Source of the DNA: Actinomycetota bacterium
GTDB taxonomy: Bacteria; Actinomycetota; Actinomycetes; S36-B12; UBA5976
DNA length: 42,644 bases
Reading direction: 5' to 3'
NCBI GenBank assembly: GCA_027730605.1
Contig: JAQCGN010000003.1
Coordinates: 1 to 42,644 of the forward strand
The notes below the pieces were generated by a model, which was not told where the DNA came from, ran no database searches, and was given only the letters and a program-made list of their open reading frames with translations. Every line of letters starts with the position of its first letter. Position 1 is the stretch's first letter. Both the position numbers and the translations under genes were made by a program. Positions 1 to 11,419 of the stretch are shown here, piece after piece.

Positions 1-246
1 TGATCCACCTCCAAGTGATAAAATACCGACAAAAGAATTAAGAAGTCCTGAAATTTTTCTCTTCTCAAGATCTCTGAAGTAATCCTCACCTTTTTTTACA
101 AAAATGTCAGAAATAGTTGTTTTCTCATCCATCTCAATTTCATGATCCACATCAATAAATTCAAGATTTAAATGATTGGCAACAAGTTTTCCAATAGTTG
201 TCTTCCCTGATCCGGGAGCACCCACGAGAATTAAACGTGGAGACAT
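1..246 (-). CDS. aroK: Shikimate kinase (5' part; runs off the window edge)
   Basis: My translation from ATG at 246 gives MSPRLILVGAPGSGKTTIGKLVA...FIDVD...GEDYFRDLE...LSLGGG, with the P-loop, DxD and GGG motifs. Lies directly after aroC. Not in the ORF track. Confidence 0.93.
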   Translation of the reverse strand, partial: MSPRLILVGAPGSGKTTIGKLVANHLNLEFIDVDHEIEMDEKTTISDIFVKKGEDYFRDLEKRKISGLLNSFVGILSLGGGS

Positions 247-248
247 AT

Positions 249-1427
249 TTATCGAACCTTTAGGTTTGATAAATAGTTTTCAAAGTTTCTTTTTGTTTCG
301 ACTAATGCATCGCCACCAAATTTTTCCATTAACGCATCAGCAAGAACTAGTGCAACCATAGCTTCTGCAATTACTCCCGCAGCTGGAACTGCGCAGACAT
401 CTGATCTTTGGTTATGGGCCTTTGATGCTTCACCAGTTGTAGTGTCAATTGTTTGTAAAGCTTTTGGCACTGTTGAAATCGGTTTCATAGCAGCTCTTAC
501 TCTTAAAACTTCACCAGTTGTCATGCCACCTTCTGTGCCACCAGCGCGATGAGTTAATCGTTTTACTCCATCTTTGGTGTTAACGATTTCATCGTGAGCT
601 TGTGATCCTCTGCGTCCAGCTGTGGTAAAGCCATCACCAACTTCCACACCTTTAATTGCTTGAATGCTCATAAGCGCCCCAGCTAATTTTGCATCAATTC
701 TTCGATCATGATGAACATATGAACCTAACCCAGGCGGTAAACCATAAACCACAACTTCAACAACGCCACCTAAAGTATCGCCGTCTTTGTGTGCAGCATC
801 AACTTCTTGTTGCATTAATTCACTTGTTTTTTTATCAAAACATCTTGCGGGATCTTCATCTATTGAGTTAAGTGATCCAGGACTTGGAATAATTCCATCA
901 GGAGATTTAACTGTCCCAAGTTGGACAACGTGGCTGATAATTTCAATATTTGCTACTTGGTTAAGTAATTTTTTAGCTATTGCACCAAGTGCCACACGGG
1001 CAGCAGTTTCTCTGGCACTAGCTCTTTCTAAAACAGGACGTGCTTCATCAAATCCATACTTTTGCATTCCCACCAGATCAGCATGTCCTGGTCTTGGTTT
1101 TGTTAATGGAGTATTTCGAGCTTGTTCGTCTAATATTTTTTGATCTATTGGATCTGCTGACATAACATCTTGCCATTTTGGCCACTCAGAATTATTAATT
1201 TTGAGAGCAATTGGAGCACCAATACTTAAACCGTGTCTTATGCCACCTAAAATTTCTATTTCATCTTTTTCAAATTTTTGCCTTGCCCCACGTCCCACAC
1301 CCAAGCGTCGTCTAGCTAATTGATTTTGAATATCTTCAGTGGTGACAGAAATACCTGCTGGTAATCCTTCAATTGTGGCAACCAAAGCAGGTCCATGGGA
1401 TTCACCCGCAGTTAGCCATCGAATCAT
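249..1427 (-). CDS. aroC: Chorismate synthase
   Basis: Motifs [31 protein letters not shown] and RSDVCAVP. Confidence 0.98.
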   Translation of the reverse strand: MIRWLTAGESHGPALVATIEGLPAGISVTTEDIQNQLARRRLGVGRGARQKFEKDEIEILGGIRHGLSIGAPIALKINNSEWPKWQDVMSADPIDQKILDEQARNTPLTKPRPGHADLVGMQKYGFDEARPVLERASARETAARVALGAIAKKLLNQVANIEIISHVVQLGTVKSPDGIIPSPGSLNSIDEDPARCFDKKTSELMQQEVDAAHKDGDTLGGVVEVVVYGLPPGLGSYVHHDRRIDAKLAGALMSIQAIKGVEVGDGFTTAGRRGSQAHDEIVNTKDGVKRLTHRAGGTEGGMTTGEVLRVRAAMKPISTVPKALQTIDTTTGEASKAHNQRSDVCAVPAAGVIAEAMVALVLADALMEKFGGDALVETKRNFENYLSNLKVR

Positions 1428-1470
1428 ATTTATATTGTTTCATTACCGGGCAAGTGAGTGTCTCTTCCCC

Positions 1471-1932
1471 CTACAAATTAAGCACAATAACTAAAAAATA
1501 TGACAATGACATGAATGGTCCAAATGCAATAACATGATTTTTTGAAACTTTCTTAAAAATCATTAGAATCCCCGCAAAGATCCCTCCCAAGACAAAAGCT
1601 GCAATATGTAGATTAATTGTTTCACTAATTCCATAAACATAAGTCACAGGAAAACTTAAAGAAAAACTATATTTCACATCTCCTAAACCAAAACTTTTTT
1701 TAGAAATCAAGTAAATAGCACAATAGATTAGGAGAACAAATAAAGAGACAATCAAACTCATAAACACATTATTGATATTTCTATTTGGCAAGCCCAACAT
1801 GATTAAAATTGAGGTCAAGAAAAGTAGGAAAACATATCTATTGGGTAAAAGATTAGTTTTAAAATCAATCCAGCCAAGAATGAGTGCAAAAATTGAGGTG
1901 TTTAACAGGATTAGATAATTCCAATCCACCAA
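1471..1932 (-). CDS. Prepilin peptidase, A24 family (short CpaA/TadV-like form)
   Basis: Hydrophobic 153 aa with WIDFK...LPN, GLGDVK (GxGD aspartyl protease motif) and C-terminal IAFGPFM. Confidence 0.85.
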   Translation of the reverse strand: MVDWNYLILLNTSIFALILGWIDFKTNLLPNRYVFLLFLTSILIMLGLPNRNINNVFMSLIVSLFVLLIYCAIYLISKKSFGLGDVKYSFSLSFPVTYVYGISETINLHIAAFVLGGIFAGILMIFKKVSKNHVIAFGPFMSLSYFLVIVLNL

Positions 1933-1937
1933 CTACC

Positions 1938-2741
1938 TCAATTCTTGAAAAGTGCCTCCCGCATTTGTTTTGCAGGTGCTTTCTTGTCTGTCATTAATTC
2001 AAACTGCCTTAAACCTTGATGCAATAACATCTCTAATCCTGAGACGACAAAACCACGTCTAAGGATCCATTCCAATGCAATTTTTGATGGCCATGGTGAG
2101 TAAGCAACATCTAACAAAGAACCTGGAATCTCTGGCCCCATCGCAGCGTAAGTATCCATTGCTCCACTTGGCAAAGTGCTAATTACCGTACTTGCAGCTA
2201 AAGCTTGATGAATTTCTTTCCAAGTGATTTCAGTCGGTGTTATTCCAAAGCTTTGAGCAACATTAATTAATTGACTAGATGTGGTCTGGTTTCTAGCACA
2301 AATCAGAACTTTGTTTGCCCCTAGTTGACTAAGAGCAGCAATAGCAGATCTTGCTGTTGCACCACTGCCAATTATTGAGGGATTTGTTACATCCAAGTTT
2401 TTATTTGTTTGCAGTGCGGCCACTATTCCATAGATGTCTGTATTACCAGCTAAAACTTTTCCATCTTTAAAAAGTAATGTATTTGCTGAATTAACTTTAG
2501 TTGCTAATTCCGTTACAGAATCAGCTATTTGAAGAGCAACTTCCTTCAAAGGCATAGTCAATGACATTCCAACTAGATTGCCATCACGGTTTTTTACATA
2601 ATCTGGAAGGGAGCTTGCAGTTAATTCAACCTTGAAATAATCCCAATCAATTTTTAATTCTTCATATCCTGCTTTATGCATTACGGGACTCAAAGAGTGC
2701 TCAATAGGAGAACCAGCTACAACCACAAACTTTTTACTCAT
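1938..2741 (-). CDS. aroE: Shikimate dehydrogenase
   Basis: Motifs GSPIEHSLSP, SLTMPLK, ANT, NTD, IGSGATARS and GLEMLLHQG. Confidence 0.96.
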   Translation of the reverse strand: MSKKFVVVAGSPIEHSLSPVMHKAGYEELKIDWDYFKVELTASSLPDYVKNRDGNLVGMSLTMPLKEVALQIADSVTELATKVNSANTLLFKDGKVLAGNTDIYGIVAALQTNKNLDVTNPSIIGSGATARSAIAALSQLGANKVLICARNQTTSSQLINVAQSFGITPTEITWKEIHQALAASTVISTLPSGAMDTYAAMGPEIPGSLLDVAYSPWPSKIALEWILRRGFVVSGLEMLLHQGLRQFELMTDKKAPAKQMREALFKN

Positions 2742-3823
2742 TTGTTTTGGTCATACCACCTTAAAAACTCTTGCTTATGAACTAAGAATTCACTATTTGA
2801 TGAAGCAAACTTTGTTTCCTTAGTGTCTAGATTAACCGTCACCCAATAAATCCAGTCACCATCTTCTGGGTTTAACACAGCATTTATGGCAGCTTCAGAC
2901 GGATTAGCAATTGGTCCAGGAGGCAAACCATCATTGGTATAGGTGTTGTAAGGAGAATCTGCTTTTAATTGTTCATCAGTCAAAATTATCGTGTTGGTAT
3001 CAAGTTCATAATTTAGTGTGCTATCAAGTTGTAGTCTCATTGGTTTTGCTAAGCGATTTAATAAAACTCGAGCAGCTTTTGCTTGATCAACTGATGCAAC
3101 TTCTTTTTCCACAATACTTGCCAAAATAATTACCTCATAAGGTTTTAAACCATTGGCTTTTGCAGTTGCTTCTAGTTGTTGTTCGGCTGCAGCTTGGCTA
3201 AATCTCTTGATCATTTGCTGCAAGACTTCTTTAGGATTCACACCCTCTTCAAATCTGTATGTAGCTGGGTATAAAAAACCTTCCACATTATTTTTGGCAT
3301 ATTCAGGCAAACCTAAATCTTTAGGGTCTTTTGCCACAGCTTCAAATTCTGCCGGAGAAATCCCTAACGCTTGAGCTGATGCTGCGAAAACGTATTTAGA
3401 TCTTGAACCTTCTGGAATTACTATTTTTATGGATACTTTGCTTTCCGGATCAAGTAAAGCAAAAATTGCTTCCTTGGCTCCCATACTTTTTACCAAGTTG
3501 TATTTTCCAGGGCCAATAGTGCTTGATTGTGGAATATCATCAGCAGCGCTAACAAATTCCAAATAATTATTAACTACACCAGCATTTGCTAATACTTTGC
3601 CAATTTCAGTTAAAGATGATCCAGCTTCAATACTTATTTGAACCGGACCACTTCCTCCCGGGCCATCAAGAATTTTGACTCCCGCACTAGGAATAAAGGA
3701 ATATGCCACAATGCCAACTAGAACAGCAAAAATTATTAAACCAATTCTTAAATACGGGGCTGGTTGCAAATTTGATTTGTAGCGACTTTGTTCAGGTTTA
3801 AATTCATCCAAAATAGAGGGCAA
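2738..3823 (-). CDS. mltG: Endolytic transglycosylase MltG
   Basis: N-terminal transmembrane helix, EGFLYPATY, ASIVEKE, NRL, LQLDST, SPYNTY and GLPPGPIANP. Sits in the ruvX-mltG-aroE context. Confidence 0.95.
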   Translation of the reverse strand: MPSILDEFKPEQSRYKSNLQPAPYLRIGLIIFAVLVGIVAYSFIPSAGVKILDGPGGSGPVQISIEAGSSLTEIGKVLANAGVVNNYLEFVSAADDIPQSSTIGPGKYNLVKSMGAKEAIFALLDPESKVSIKIVIPEGSRSKYVFAASAQALGISPAEFEAVAKDPKDLGLPEYAKNNVEGFLYPATYRFEEGVNPKEVLQQMIKRFSQAAAEQQLEATAKANGLKPYEVIILASIVEKEVASVDQAKAARVLLNRLAKPMRLQLDSTLNYELDTNTIILTDEQLKADSPYNTYTNDGLPPGPIANPSEAAINAVLNPEDGDWIYWVTVNLDTKETKFASSNSEFLVHKQEFLRWYDQNK

Positions 3824-3824
3824 T

Positions 3825-4283
3825 TTATTTCACCTCATCCAGGTCTATTCCAGGAATTAAATTATTTCTTTTTTCAAAATCTAGCGCTTGTTCTAGCAAT
3901 TCTATTGCTGCAACCTGATCAATCATGGCCTTTTGTCCGCGCGTATTGACCCCACTTTCTTGCAATCGAGCACTTGCCGTGGAGGAGGTTAATCTCTCAT
4001 CTAGCATACGTACCGAAACGCTAGGAAGTGATTTTTTCAATTGTTTTGCAAAATTTAAACATTTTTTTGCAGCTATGCCAATTTGACCTGATAAATGTTT
4101 AGGTAGTCCCACATAAATTTCTAAACAACCAGTTTCATTAACTTGAGAAAGAATATTTGTGATTAAATCTTGATCATTTTTCAAGGTCACAACAGGAACA
4201 GCCATAATTGCATCAATATCGCTTTTAGCTAACCCAACTCTTACTTCACCATAATCAATTGCATAGCGAATACCTTTGCGCAC
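3825..4283 (-). CDS. ruvX: YqgF/RuvX family nuclease (pre-16S rRNA maturation)
   Basis: Motifs AIDYGEVRVGLA, VGLP, DERLTS and IDQVAA. Follows alaS. Confidence 0.95.
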   Translation of the reverse strand: MRKGIRYAIDYGEVRVGLAKSDIDAIMAVPVVTLKNDQDLITNILSQVNETGCLEIYVGLPKHLSGQIGIAAKKCLNFAKQLKKSLPSVSVRMLDERLTSSTASARLQESGVNTRGQKAMIDQVAAIELLEQALDFEKRNNLIPGIDLDEVK

Positions 4284-4290
4284 GAATCAA

Positions 4291-6948
4291 CTACCGAATC
4301 AATGAATCAACATTGGCGATGACACTTTTGGCTTCCTCGGTTTTAGTACCTGCACCTTGAGCCATATCACTCTTGCCGCCACCTTTGCCATCTAGTTTTG
4401 CTAAAACTTCATTCAAAATTTCTCCAGCATTTAAATTCTTTTTCCTAGCTTGCTCATTAGTTGCTATAACTACATTTACTTTTCCAGAAGAAATACCAGC
4501 TCCTATAACTAAAGCTGCGCCTTCTCCTAATTGTCCCCTAACGTTTGTGACAAGTTCTCTTATATCATTAGCACTTAATTCACCTGGAGCTAAGAAATTT
4601 GCAACTTTTATACCTTTAACGTCGTGAGCAGTTTTTACATAATCAGAAATATTTCCTGAGAGTTGAGATTTACGTGATTTTTCAATTTCTTTCTCAGCAT
4701 CTTTTAATCTGTCCATTAAGGAAGCAACTTTTTCTGGTAGTTCTTCTGCTCTGCCTTTAAGCATTTCTTGCAAGTTAGAAACAATTAGGTGCTCTCGAGC
4801 CAGAAATTGATAAGCATCAGTTCCAACAAGTGCTTCTACTCTTCTTGTTCCTGCCCCAATACTTTGTTCACTTAAAAATTTGATTACACCTAATTGAGCA
4901 GATCTTTGAGCATGCGTGCCACCACAAAGTTCATGTGCCCAATCTCCCACACTAACTACTCGAACAACATCACCATATTTTTCACCAAACAAGGCCATAG
5001 CTCCCATTGCTCGAGCTTGGTCTTGCGACATTAATTGTGCACTTACCCCTAAATCACTTAATAAAACTTCATTAACTCTTTGCTCAACATCATTAAGCAC
5101 ACTTGCTGGTACTGGTTTTGGGGAAGGAAAATCAAAACGTAGTCTGCCTGGTGAATTCTCGCTACCTAATTGCGTTGCAGTTTCACCAAGTGTTTCTCGG
5201 AATGCTTTATGAATCAAATGCGTTGCGGTGTGTGCTCGGGATATTGCTTTTCGTCTTTGTAAATCAACTTCTCCAACACCTTTTAGTCCTGTAACAGCTT
5301 CTCCTTTTGAAACCCGTCCCCGATGAACATAAAGACCTGGCACAGGTTGCTGAACATCATCAACAACTATTTCTGCACCGTTACTTAGAATTAATTTGCC
5401 ACTATCAGCAAGTTGTCCGCCACCTTCTGCATAGAAGGGTGATCGATCCAATACAAATTCAACTTCTGATCCTTGGTTAACACTTTTTGTAACAGCACCA
5501 TCAAGTAGTAAGCCTTTTAAATTAACTTCACTTGTGGTTTCAGCATAACCAGTAAAATTGGTGATTCCGGCTAAATCAGCAAGTGCTCGATATTGTTGAA
5601 CATCTCCTAGTCCGAGTTTTCTTTCCTTAGCATCGGCTTTAGCTCTATTTTTTTGCTCAGACATGAGTCTTTTGAAGCCATCGGCATCAATAGAAATTCC
5701 TGCTTCGCTTGCCATTTCAAGTGTTAAATCATAAGGAAAACCATAAGTATCATGAAGTTCAAAAACTTTCTCCCCAGAAAGAGTTTTTGTTTTTGATTTA
5801 GCCAAATCAGTTAATGAATTTTCAAACAATTGAGTTCCAGTTTTTAAAGTTTGGGCAAAAGTAGTTTCTTCCCCAATAGCTATTTCAAGGATTCTTTTCT
5901 TGTCACTAATTAATTCAGGATATTGAGGTCCCATTGCTTTAATTGTGGCTTCAATTAAATCTTTCATAACTGGATCTTCTGCTCCAAGAATTCTCATATT
6001 TCGAATCACTCGGCGCATCATGCGGCGAAGAACATAACCTCGTCCTTCGTTACCCGGGATTACTCCATCACCAATTAAAAAGGCAGCAGTTCTGGTGTGA
6101 TCGGCTACAACCCTTAATCTAATATCTGCTTGATTATCTTGACCATATTTAACTCCCACAATTGATGTTGCTTTATCTAAAATAATTTTGGTGGTATCAA
6201 TCTCATAAATGTTATCTACCCCTTGCAAAATTGCTGCCATTCTTTCCAAACCCATACCTGTATCAATATTTTTTGCAGGAAGTTCACCATTTAGTGGAAA
6301 ATCATCTTTAGTTCCACCTTCGCCACGGTTATATTGCATGAAAACAAGATTCCAAACTTCTAAATAACGTTCCTCATCAGCAATTGGTCCACCTTCTTTG
6401 CCATATTCAGGGCCACGATCAAAATAAATTTCTGAACATGGACCACAAGGTCCAGGAACACCCATTGACCAATAATTATCTGCCATGCCACGTCTCTGGA
6501 TTTTGTGTTCCGGAATTCCAATTTTGTTTCGCCAAATGTCATATGCTTCTTCATCGTCAAGATAAATAGTCACCCAAAGTTTTTCTGGATCAAATCCATA
6601 ACCACCATCTTTTACCGCAGAAGTTAGTAAGTTCCAAGCCATGGTGATAGCACCGTCTTTGAAATAATCACCGAATGAAAAATTTCCTGCCATTTGAAAA
6701 AATGATCCATGTCTTGTGGTTTTGCCAACTTCTTCAATGTCTAATGTTCTAACACATTTTTGAACAGATGTGGCACGTTTAAAGGGAGCTGGTGCTTCAC
6801 CTAAGAAATATGGTTTAAATGGAACCATTCCAGCGTTAACTAAGAGCAATGTTGGATCATTAGCAATTAAAGATGCTGAAGGAACTATGGTGTGAGCATT
6901 TTTTTCAAAGAAGTCGAGGAATCTGCGACGAATGTCTGCTGAATCCAC
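4291..6948 (-). CDS. alaS: Alanine--tRNA ligase
   Basis: Motifs NAGMVPFK, DTGMGLER, HTATH, ELCGGTH and GKGGG. GTG start. Confidence 0.99.
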   Translation of the reverse strand: MDSADIRRRFLDFFEKNAHTIVPSASLIANDPTLLLVNAGMVPFKPYFLGEAPAPFKRATSVQKCVRTLDIEEVGKTTRHGSFFQMAGNFSFGDYFKDGAITMAWNLLTSAVKDGGYGFDPEKLWVTIYLDDEEAYDIWRNKIGIPEHKIQRRGMADNYWSMGVPGPCGPCSEIYFDRGPEYGKEGGPIADEERYLEVWNLVFMQYNRGEGGTKDDFPLNGELPAKNIDTGMGLERMAAILQGVDNIYEIDTTKIILDKATSIVGVKYGQDNQADIRLRVVADHTRTAAFLIGDGVIPGNEGRGYVLRRMMRRVIRNMRILGAEDPVMKDLIEATIKAMGPQYPELISDKKRILEIAIGEETTFAQTLKTGTQLFENSLTDLAKSKTKTLSGEKVFELHDTYGFPYDLTLEMASEAGISIDADGFKRLMSEQKNRAKADAKERKLGLGDVQQYRALADLAGITNFTGYAETTSEVNLKGLLLDGAVTKSVNQGSEVEFVLDRSPFYAEGGGQLADSGKLILSNGAEIVVDDVQQPVPGLYVHRGRVSKGEAVTGLKGVGEVDLQRRKAISRAHTATHLIHKAFRETLGETATQLGSENSPGRLRFDFPSPKPVPASVLNDVEQRVNEVLLSDLGVSAQLMSQDQARAMGAMALFGEKYGDVVRVVSVGDWAHELCGGTHAQRSAQLGVIKFLSEQSIGAGTRRVEALVGTDAYQFLAREHLIVSNLQEMLKGRAEELPEKVASLMDRLKDAEKEIEKSRKSQLSGNISDYVKTAHDVKGIKVANFLAPGELSANDIRELVTNVRGQLGEGAALVIGAGISSGKVNVVIATNEQARKKNLNAGEILNEVLAKLDGKGGGKSDMAQGAGTKTEEAKSVIANVDSLIR

Positions 6949-6974
6949 TTATACAACTTCCTTTTCTTTTCTAT

Positions 6975-8327
6975 CTACTTAGTCGACCTTAGTACCTGAC
7001 GAATACGCTCCCATAAATCGGCAAAGCGTTGTTCTGCTCCGCGACTACCAGGTTTGTAATAAGTCTTATTCTTCAAGTTATCTGGCAAATATTGTTGACT
7101 TGCCACACCTTCTTCAAAATCATGTGCATATTTATAACCCTTACCCGCACCGGTTTCTCGAGAGGCGGGCAAAGATCCATCTCGTAGATGAATTGGCACA
7201 GCCCCCGCATTGCCTTTTCGCACATCTTCAATGGCTTCATTTATGGCGTTATAAACAGAGTTAGATTTTGGAGCAAGAGCCAAATAAGTTGTTGCTTGCG
7301 CCAAAATTATTCTTGCCTCTGGCCATCCCACTAATTGTGCAGCTTGCATAGCAGAAACTGCCATGGTCAAAGCTTGTGGATCTGCTAATCCAATATCTTC
7401 ACTGGCAAGAATTACTAATCTTCTGGCAATAAATTTTGGGTCTTCACCTGATTCAGCCATTCTTGCTAGGTAATGAATAGCACCATCAACATCACTTCCT
7501 CTCACACTTTTTATAAACGCACTAATTACGTTGTAATGTTCATCCCCTGCTTTGTCATAGCGAAGTGCTGATCTTTGCACAGCCACTTCTGCATCTTTTA
7601 GTAAAATTTCTAATCTATTTTCTGAATCACTTACCCCAGCAGCTGTTTCTAATGCAATAAGTGCTCGTCTGGCATCTCCACCACTTGATCTGGCAATGTG
7701 GCCTAATGCTTCTTTTTGGCATTGGTATTTATTTTTTAAACCTTTTTCACTAGTTAACGCTTTTTCTAGCAATAAAATGATGTCTGCTTCTGTTAATGGA
7801 TTTAGTGGTAGCACTAGAGATCTACTCATCAATGCCGAATTAATAGAAACCGATGGATTTTCAGTTGTGGCAGCAACAAGTGTTACCCAACCTTCTTCTA
7901 CCCCGGCAAGTAGTGAGTCTTGTTGAGATTTAGAAAAGCGATGAATTTCATCTATGAATAAAACGGTTCCTACCCCTTTAGCAAATCTTCTTCGTGCTAA
8001 ATCAATAACTTCTCTTACTTCTTTTACTCCACTTGAAGTAGCAGATAGTTCAATAAAAGATCTTCCCGTTGAAACAGACACAACATGTGCCAAGGTTGTT
8101 TTGCCACTTCCAGGTGGTCCCCACAAAATTAATGAGGTAGCAGCTAACTTGTTGTCATCATCTGGTTTTAGAAGTGCTCTTAGAGGTGAATCTGCTCTAG
8201 TAACTTGTGGTTGACCCAAAACATCATCAAGTGATGCAGGTCGCATTCTGGCTGCAAGTGGTGCGCTAACAAATTTGTTATTAACAGGAATTTCAATTGG
8301 ATCTGCCTCAAACAGAGCGTCATCCAT
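6975..8327 (-). CDS. rarA: Replication-associated recombination protein A (AAA+ ATPase)
   Basis: Motifs PLAARMRP, GPPGSGKT, FIDEIHRF, ATTENP, SAFIKSVRGSD and ASEDIGLAD. Confidence 0.96.
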   Translation of the reverse strand: MDDALFEADPIEIPVNNKFVSAPLAARMRPASLDDVLGQPQVTRADSPLRALLKPDDDNKLAATSLILWGPPGSGKTTLAHVVSVSTGRSFIELSATSSGVKEVREVIDLARRRFAKGVGTVLFIDEIHRFSKSQQDSLLAGVEEGWVTLVAATTENPSVSINSALMSRSLVLPLNPLTEADIILLLEKALTSEKGLKNKYQCQKEALGHIARSSGGDARRALIALETAAGVSDSENRLEILLKDAEVAVQRSALRYDKAGDEHYNVISAFIKSVRGSDVDGAIHYLARMAESGEDPKFIARRLVILASEDIGLADPQALTMAVSAMQAAQLVGWPEARIILAQATTYLALAPKSNSVYNAINEAIEDVRKGNAGAVPIHLRDGSLPASRETGAGKGYKYAHDFEEGVASQQYLPDNLKNKTYYKPGSRGAEQRFADLWERIRQVLRSTK

Positions 8328-8329
8328 AA

Positions 8330-10072
8330 TTATTTTTCTGGTTTGAAATCTATGCCAGCTTCTTTTCTTTGTGCTGGTGTTATTGGAGTTGGTGCACCAG
8401 TAAGTGGATCTTGACCACCACCACTTTTAGGAAACGCAATTACATCTCTAATAGTTGTGGCCCCAGTTAAAAGCATCACCACTCGGTCCCACCCAAATGC
8501 AATACCAGCATGTGGAGGTGGTCCATATTTAAAGGCTTCCAATAAAAATCCGAATTTGTCATTTGCTTCCGCATCTGAAATACCTAAAATTCTAAAAACT
8601 TCTTTTTGAACATCACCCTGGTGAATACGAACAGATCCACCACCAATTTCATTTCCATTTAAAACTAAGTCATATGCCCATGCCAAAGCAGATCCAGGAT
8701 CTTTGGCAAAAGTTTTTAAAGATTCAGCATTTGGGGAAGTGAAAGGGTGATGGACTGCTGTCCAAACAAGTTGACCCTGATCATTAGTTACTTGTTCAAA
8801 CATTGGTGCATCTACCACCCAAACAAAATTCCATTCTTTATCATTTATTAGTCCAAGTCTTTGCCCAATTTCAATACGCGCAGCTCCCAAAAGACCTAAG
8901 GCTTCATTTCTTGTGCCCGCTGCAAAGAAAACAGCATCACCTAACTTTGCTCCTACCGCATTGATCAATCCATTTCGTTCTACTTCACTTAAATTTTTAG
9001 CAACCGGTCCTGTGATTTCTCCATCTTCTGCAAAAACTGCATAAGCTAAACCTTTGGCACCACGTTGTTTGGCCCATTCTTGCCAAGCATCAAATTGTTT
9101 ACGCGGAGTACTTGCACCACCTGGCATCACCACAGCACCGACATGATCTGCTTGAAAGACCCTAAATGGAGTGTTTTTAAAGTATTGAGTTAAATCAATT
9201 AGTTCTAATCCAAATCTTAAATCTGGTTTATCCGAACCATATTTCTTCATTGCTTCGTGGAAAGTAATTCTTGGAATTTTTCCTATTTCGTGGTCTAATA
9301 CTTCGCTCCACAAAGTTTTAATAACTTTTTCCCCAATTTTAATAATGTCTTCTTGGTCAACAAAAGACATTTCAATATCTAATTGCGTAAATTCAGGTTG
9401 ACGATCTGCTCTAAAATCTTCATCTCTATAACAACGAGCTATCTGGAAATATCTTTCCATTCCACCAACCATGAGCAATTGCTTAAACAATTGAGGTGAC
9501 TGAGGCAAGGCATACCAAGAACCTGGTTGCAGCCTTACTGGAACCAGAAAATCTCTAGCCCCTTCAGGAGTTGATCTTGTTAAAGTTGGAGTTTCAATTT
9601 CAATGAAATCATCATTTAGTAAAACATCGCGAGCATATTGACTAACTTTGCTTCTAATCCTTAGAGCAGCACCAGGCCCACCAGGTCTTCGTAAATCCAG
9701 GTATCGATATTTAAGTCGAGCTTCCTCGTTCACATCGACTTCTTGATCAATTTGAAATGGTAATGCTTGGGCAAGAGATAGCACATTTACTTCACTTGCA
9801 AAAACTTCTATTGCACCTGTGGGAAGTTCACTGTTTTCATTACCTTTGGGGCGAAGTTTGACTTGTCCTTTTATTTGGACACAAGTTTCTGGTTTTAAAT
9901 CGTGGGTAAGTTTTTCATCATGAATAACTACTTGCACAATTCCGGATGCATCTCTTAAGTCAATGAATGCCACCCCACCGTGATCGCGGCGATTTCCTAC
10001 CCAACCGGCCAGGGTTACTTTTACTTCAGCATCAATTGCTCGAAGCGCATCTGCTACATGTGTTCTTAACAC
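8330..10072 (-). CDS. aspS: Aspartate--tRNA ligase (probably non-discriminating Asp/Asn)
   Basis: Motifs [41 protein letters not shown] and [12 protein letters not shown]. Confidence 0.98.
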   Translation of the reverse strand: MLRTHVADALRAIDAEVKVTLAGWVGNRRDHGGVAFIDLRDASGIVQVVIHDEKLTHDLKPETCVQIKGQVKLRPKGNENSELPTGAIEVFASEVNVLSLAQALPFQIDQEVDVNEEARLKYRYLDLRRPGGPGAALRIRSKVSQYARDVLLNDDFIEIETPTLTRSTPEGARDFLVPVRLQPGSWYALPQSPQLFKQLLMVGGMERYFQIARCYRDEDFRADRQPEFTQLDIEMSFVDQEDIIKIGEKVIKTLWSEVLDHEIGKIPRITFHEAMKKYGSDKPDLRFGLELIDLTQYFKNTPFRVFQADHVGAVVMPGGASTPRKQFDAWQEWAKQRGAKGLAYAVFAEDGEITGPVAKNLSEVERNGLINAVGAKLGDAVFFAAGTRNEALGLLGAARIEIGQRLGLINDKEWNFVWVVDAPMFEQVTNDQGQLVWTAVHHPFTSPNAESLKTFAKDPGSALAWAYDLVLNGNEIGGGSVRIHQGDVQKEVFRILGISDAEANDKFGFLLEAFKYGPPPHAGIAFGWDRVVMLLTGATTIRDVIAFPKSGGGQDPLTGAPTPITPAQRKEAGIDFKPEK

Positions 10073-10115
10073 TTAAGTTTCTTCCCTTTGGCCAACTTTT
10101 AGTCCACAAAATGTT

Positions 10116-11393
10116 TTAAGACTGCTCAGTCTGTCGTATCACTTGAATCAAGTGTGCAACCATGTCGCCTAAAGCGACTTGAACTTGTGAAGAGTCCCCT
10201 AAATTCTTTATTTGTACACGAGAATTGCTTACCTCTTCATCCCCAATCACCACAGCAATTTGAGCACCACTTTTATCTGCCGCTTTCATGGCACCTTTTA
10301 AGCCACGATCACCATATGCCATATCAGCTCTTAGATTTGCTGCTCTGATTTGTTGTAATAATGAAACCGCTAATTGATGTGCCCTATCACCTATTGGAAC
10401 AATAAATACATCGATTAATGATTTCTCTCCCACAATTAAATTTTCAGCTTCGCAAGCCATCAATGTTCTATCTGTTCCAATTCCAAAACCAATGCCACTT
10501 AAATCATTTCCACCCAACGATGACATTAAACCGTCGTATCTTCCTCCACCACCAATTCCTGATTGAGCACCTAAGCCTGGGTGATCAAATTCAAATGTGG
10601 TGCGGGTGTAGTAATCAAGACCTCTTACCAGCTTGGGTGCAGGAGTAAATTTCACATCTGTTGCTTCTAATAAATCTTCTACTTCTCGGTGATAATTGGC
10701 ACAAGCATCACATAATTCATTGATCATCAAAGGGGCTTTGTCTAACAGTTTTTGTACTTCTGGTCTTTTATCATCTAAGACTCTTAAAGGATTTAATTTG
10801 CCTCTGGTTTTAGTTTCCTCATCAAGATCAAGTTTTTCTAGATAAGCAATTAATTTCTCTTTGTATTCTGGTCGACAATTAGCACAACCCAGTGAAGTAA
10901 GCATTAAGTTAAAATTTCTTAAACCCAAAGACCTAAAAGCATCATCTGCCACACTTATTACTTCAACATCAAGTGCAGGATCTGGTGCACCAATTGCCTC
11001 AATTCCAACTTGTTGTAATTGTCTATATCTTCCTTGCTGTGGTCTTTCGGCTCTAAAAAATGGACCCTGATACCAAAGTTTTACTGGAAGCTGCCCTTTA
11101 TCTAAACCATGTTCAATAACCAAACGTGCAACACCTGCAGTTCCTTCAGGGCGAAGTGCCAGTGTTCTTCCCCCTCTGTCTTCGAACACATACATTTCTT
11201 TACTTACGACATCAGTTGATTCACCAATTCCTCTAACAAAAAGATTTACATCTTCAAAAACAGGAAGTTCAACATAGCCATAACCGGCTAATGTTGCTGC
11301 ATGTCCTATTGCATTTTGGACAGCTAAAAATGAATTTGAACGTGGTGGAAAATAATCAGGGACACCTTTGGGTGCTTGAAATTGTCCTGCCAC
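10116..11393 (-). CDS. hisS: Histidine--tRNA ligase
   Basis: Motifs [28 protein letters not shown] and GGGRYD. Confidence 0.98.
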   Translation of the reverse strand: MAGQFQAPKGVPDYFPPRSNSFLAVQNAIGHAATLAGYGYVELPVFEDVNLFVRGIGESTDVVSKEMYVFEDRGGRTLALRPEGTAGVARLVIEHGLDKGQLPVKLWYQGPFFRAERPQQGRYRQLQQVGIEAIGAPDPALDVEVISVADDAFRSLGLRNFNLMLTSLGCANCRPEYKEKLIAYLEKLDLDEETKTRGKLNPLRVLDDKRPEVQKLLDKAPLMINELCDACANYHREVEDLLEATDVKFTPAPKLVRGLDYYTRTTFEFDHPGLGAQSGIGGGGRYDGLMSSLGGNDLSGIGFGIGTDRTLMACEAENLIVGEKSLIDVFIVPIGDRAHQLAVSLLQQIRAANLRADMAYGDRGLKGAMKAADKSGAQIAVVIGDEEVSNSRVQIKNLGDSSQVQVALGDMVAHLIQVIRQTEQS

Positions 11394-11419
11394 GGCTAAT
11401 TGCTCCTTTCAATTATTTG

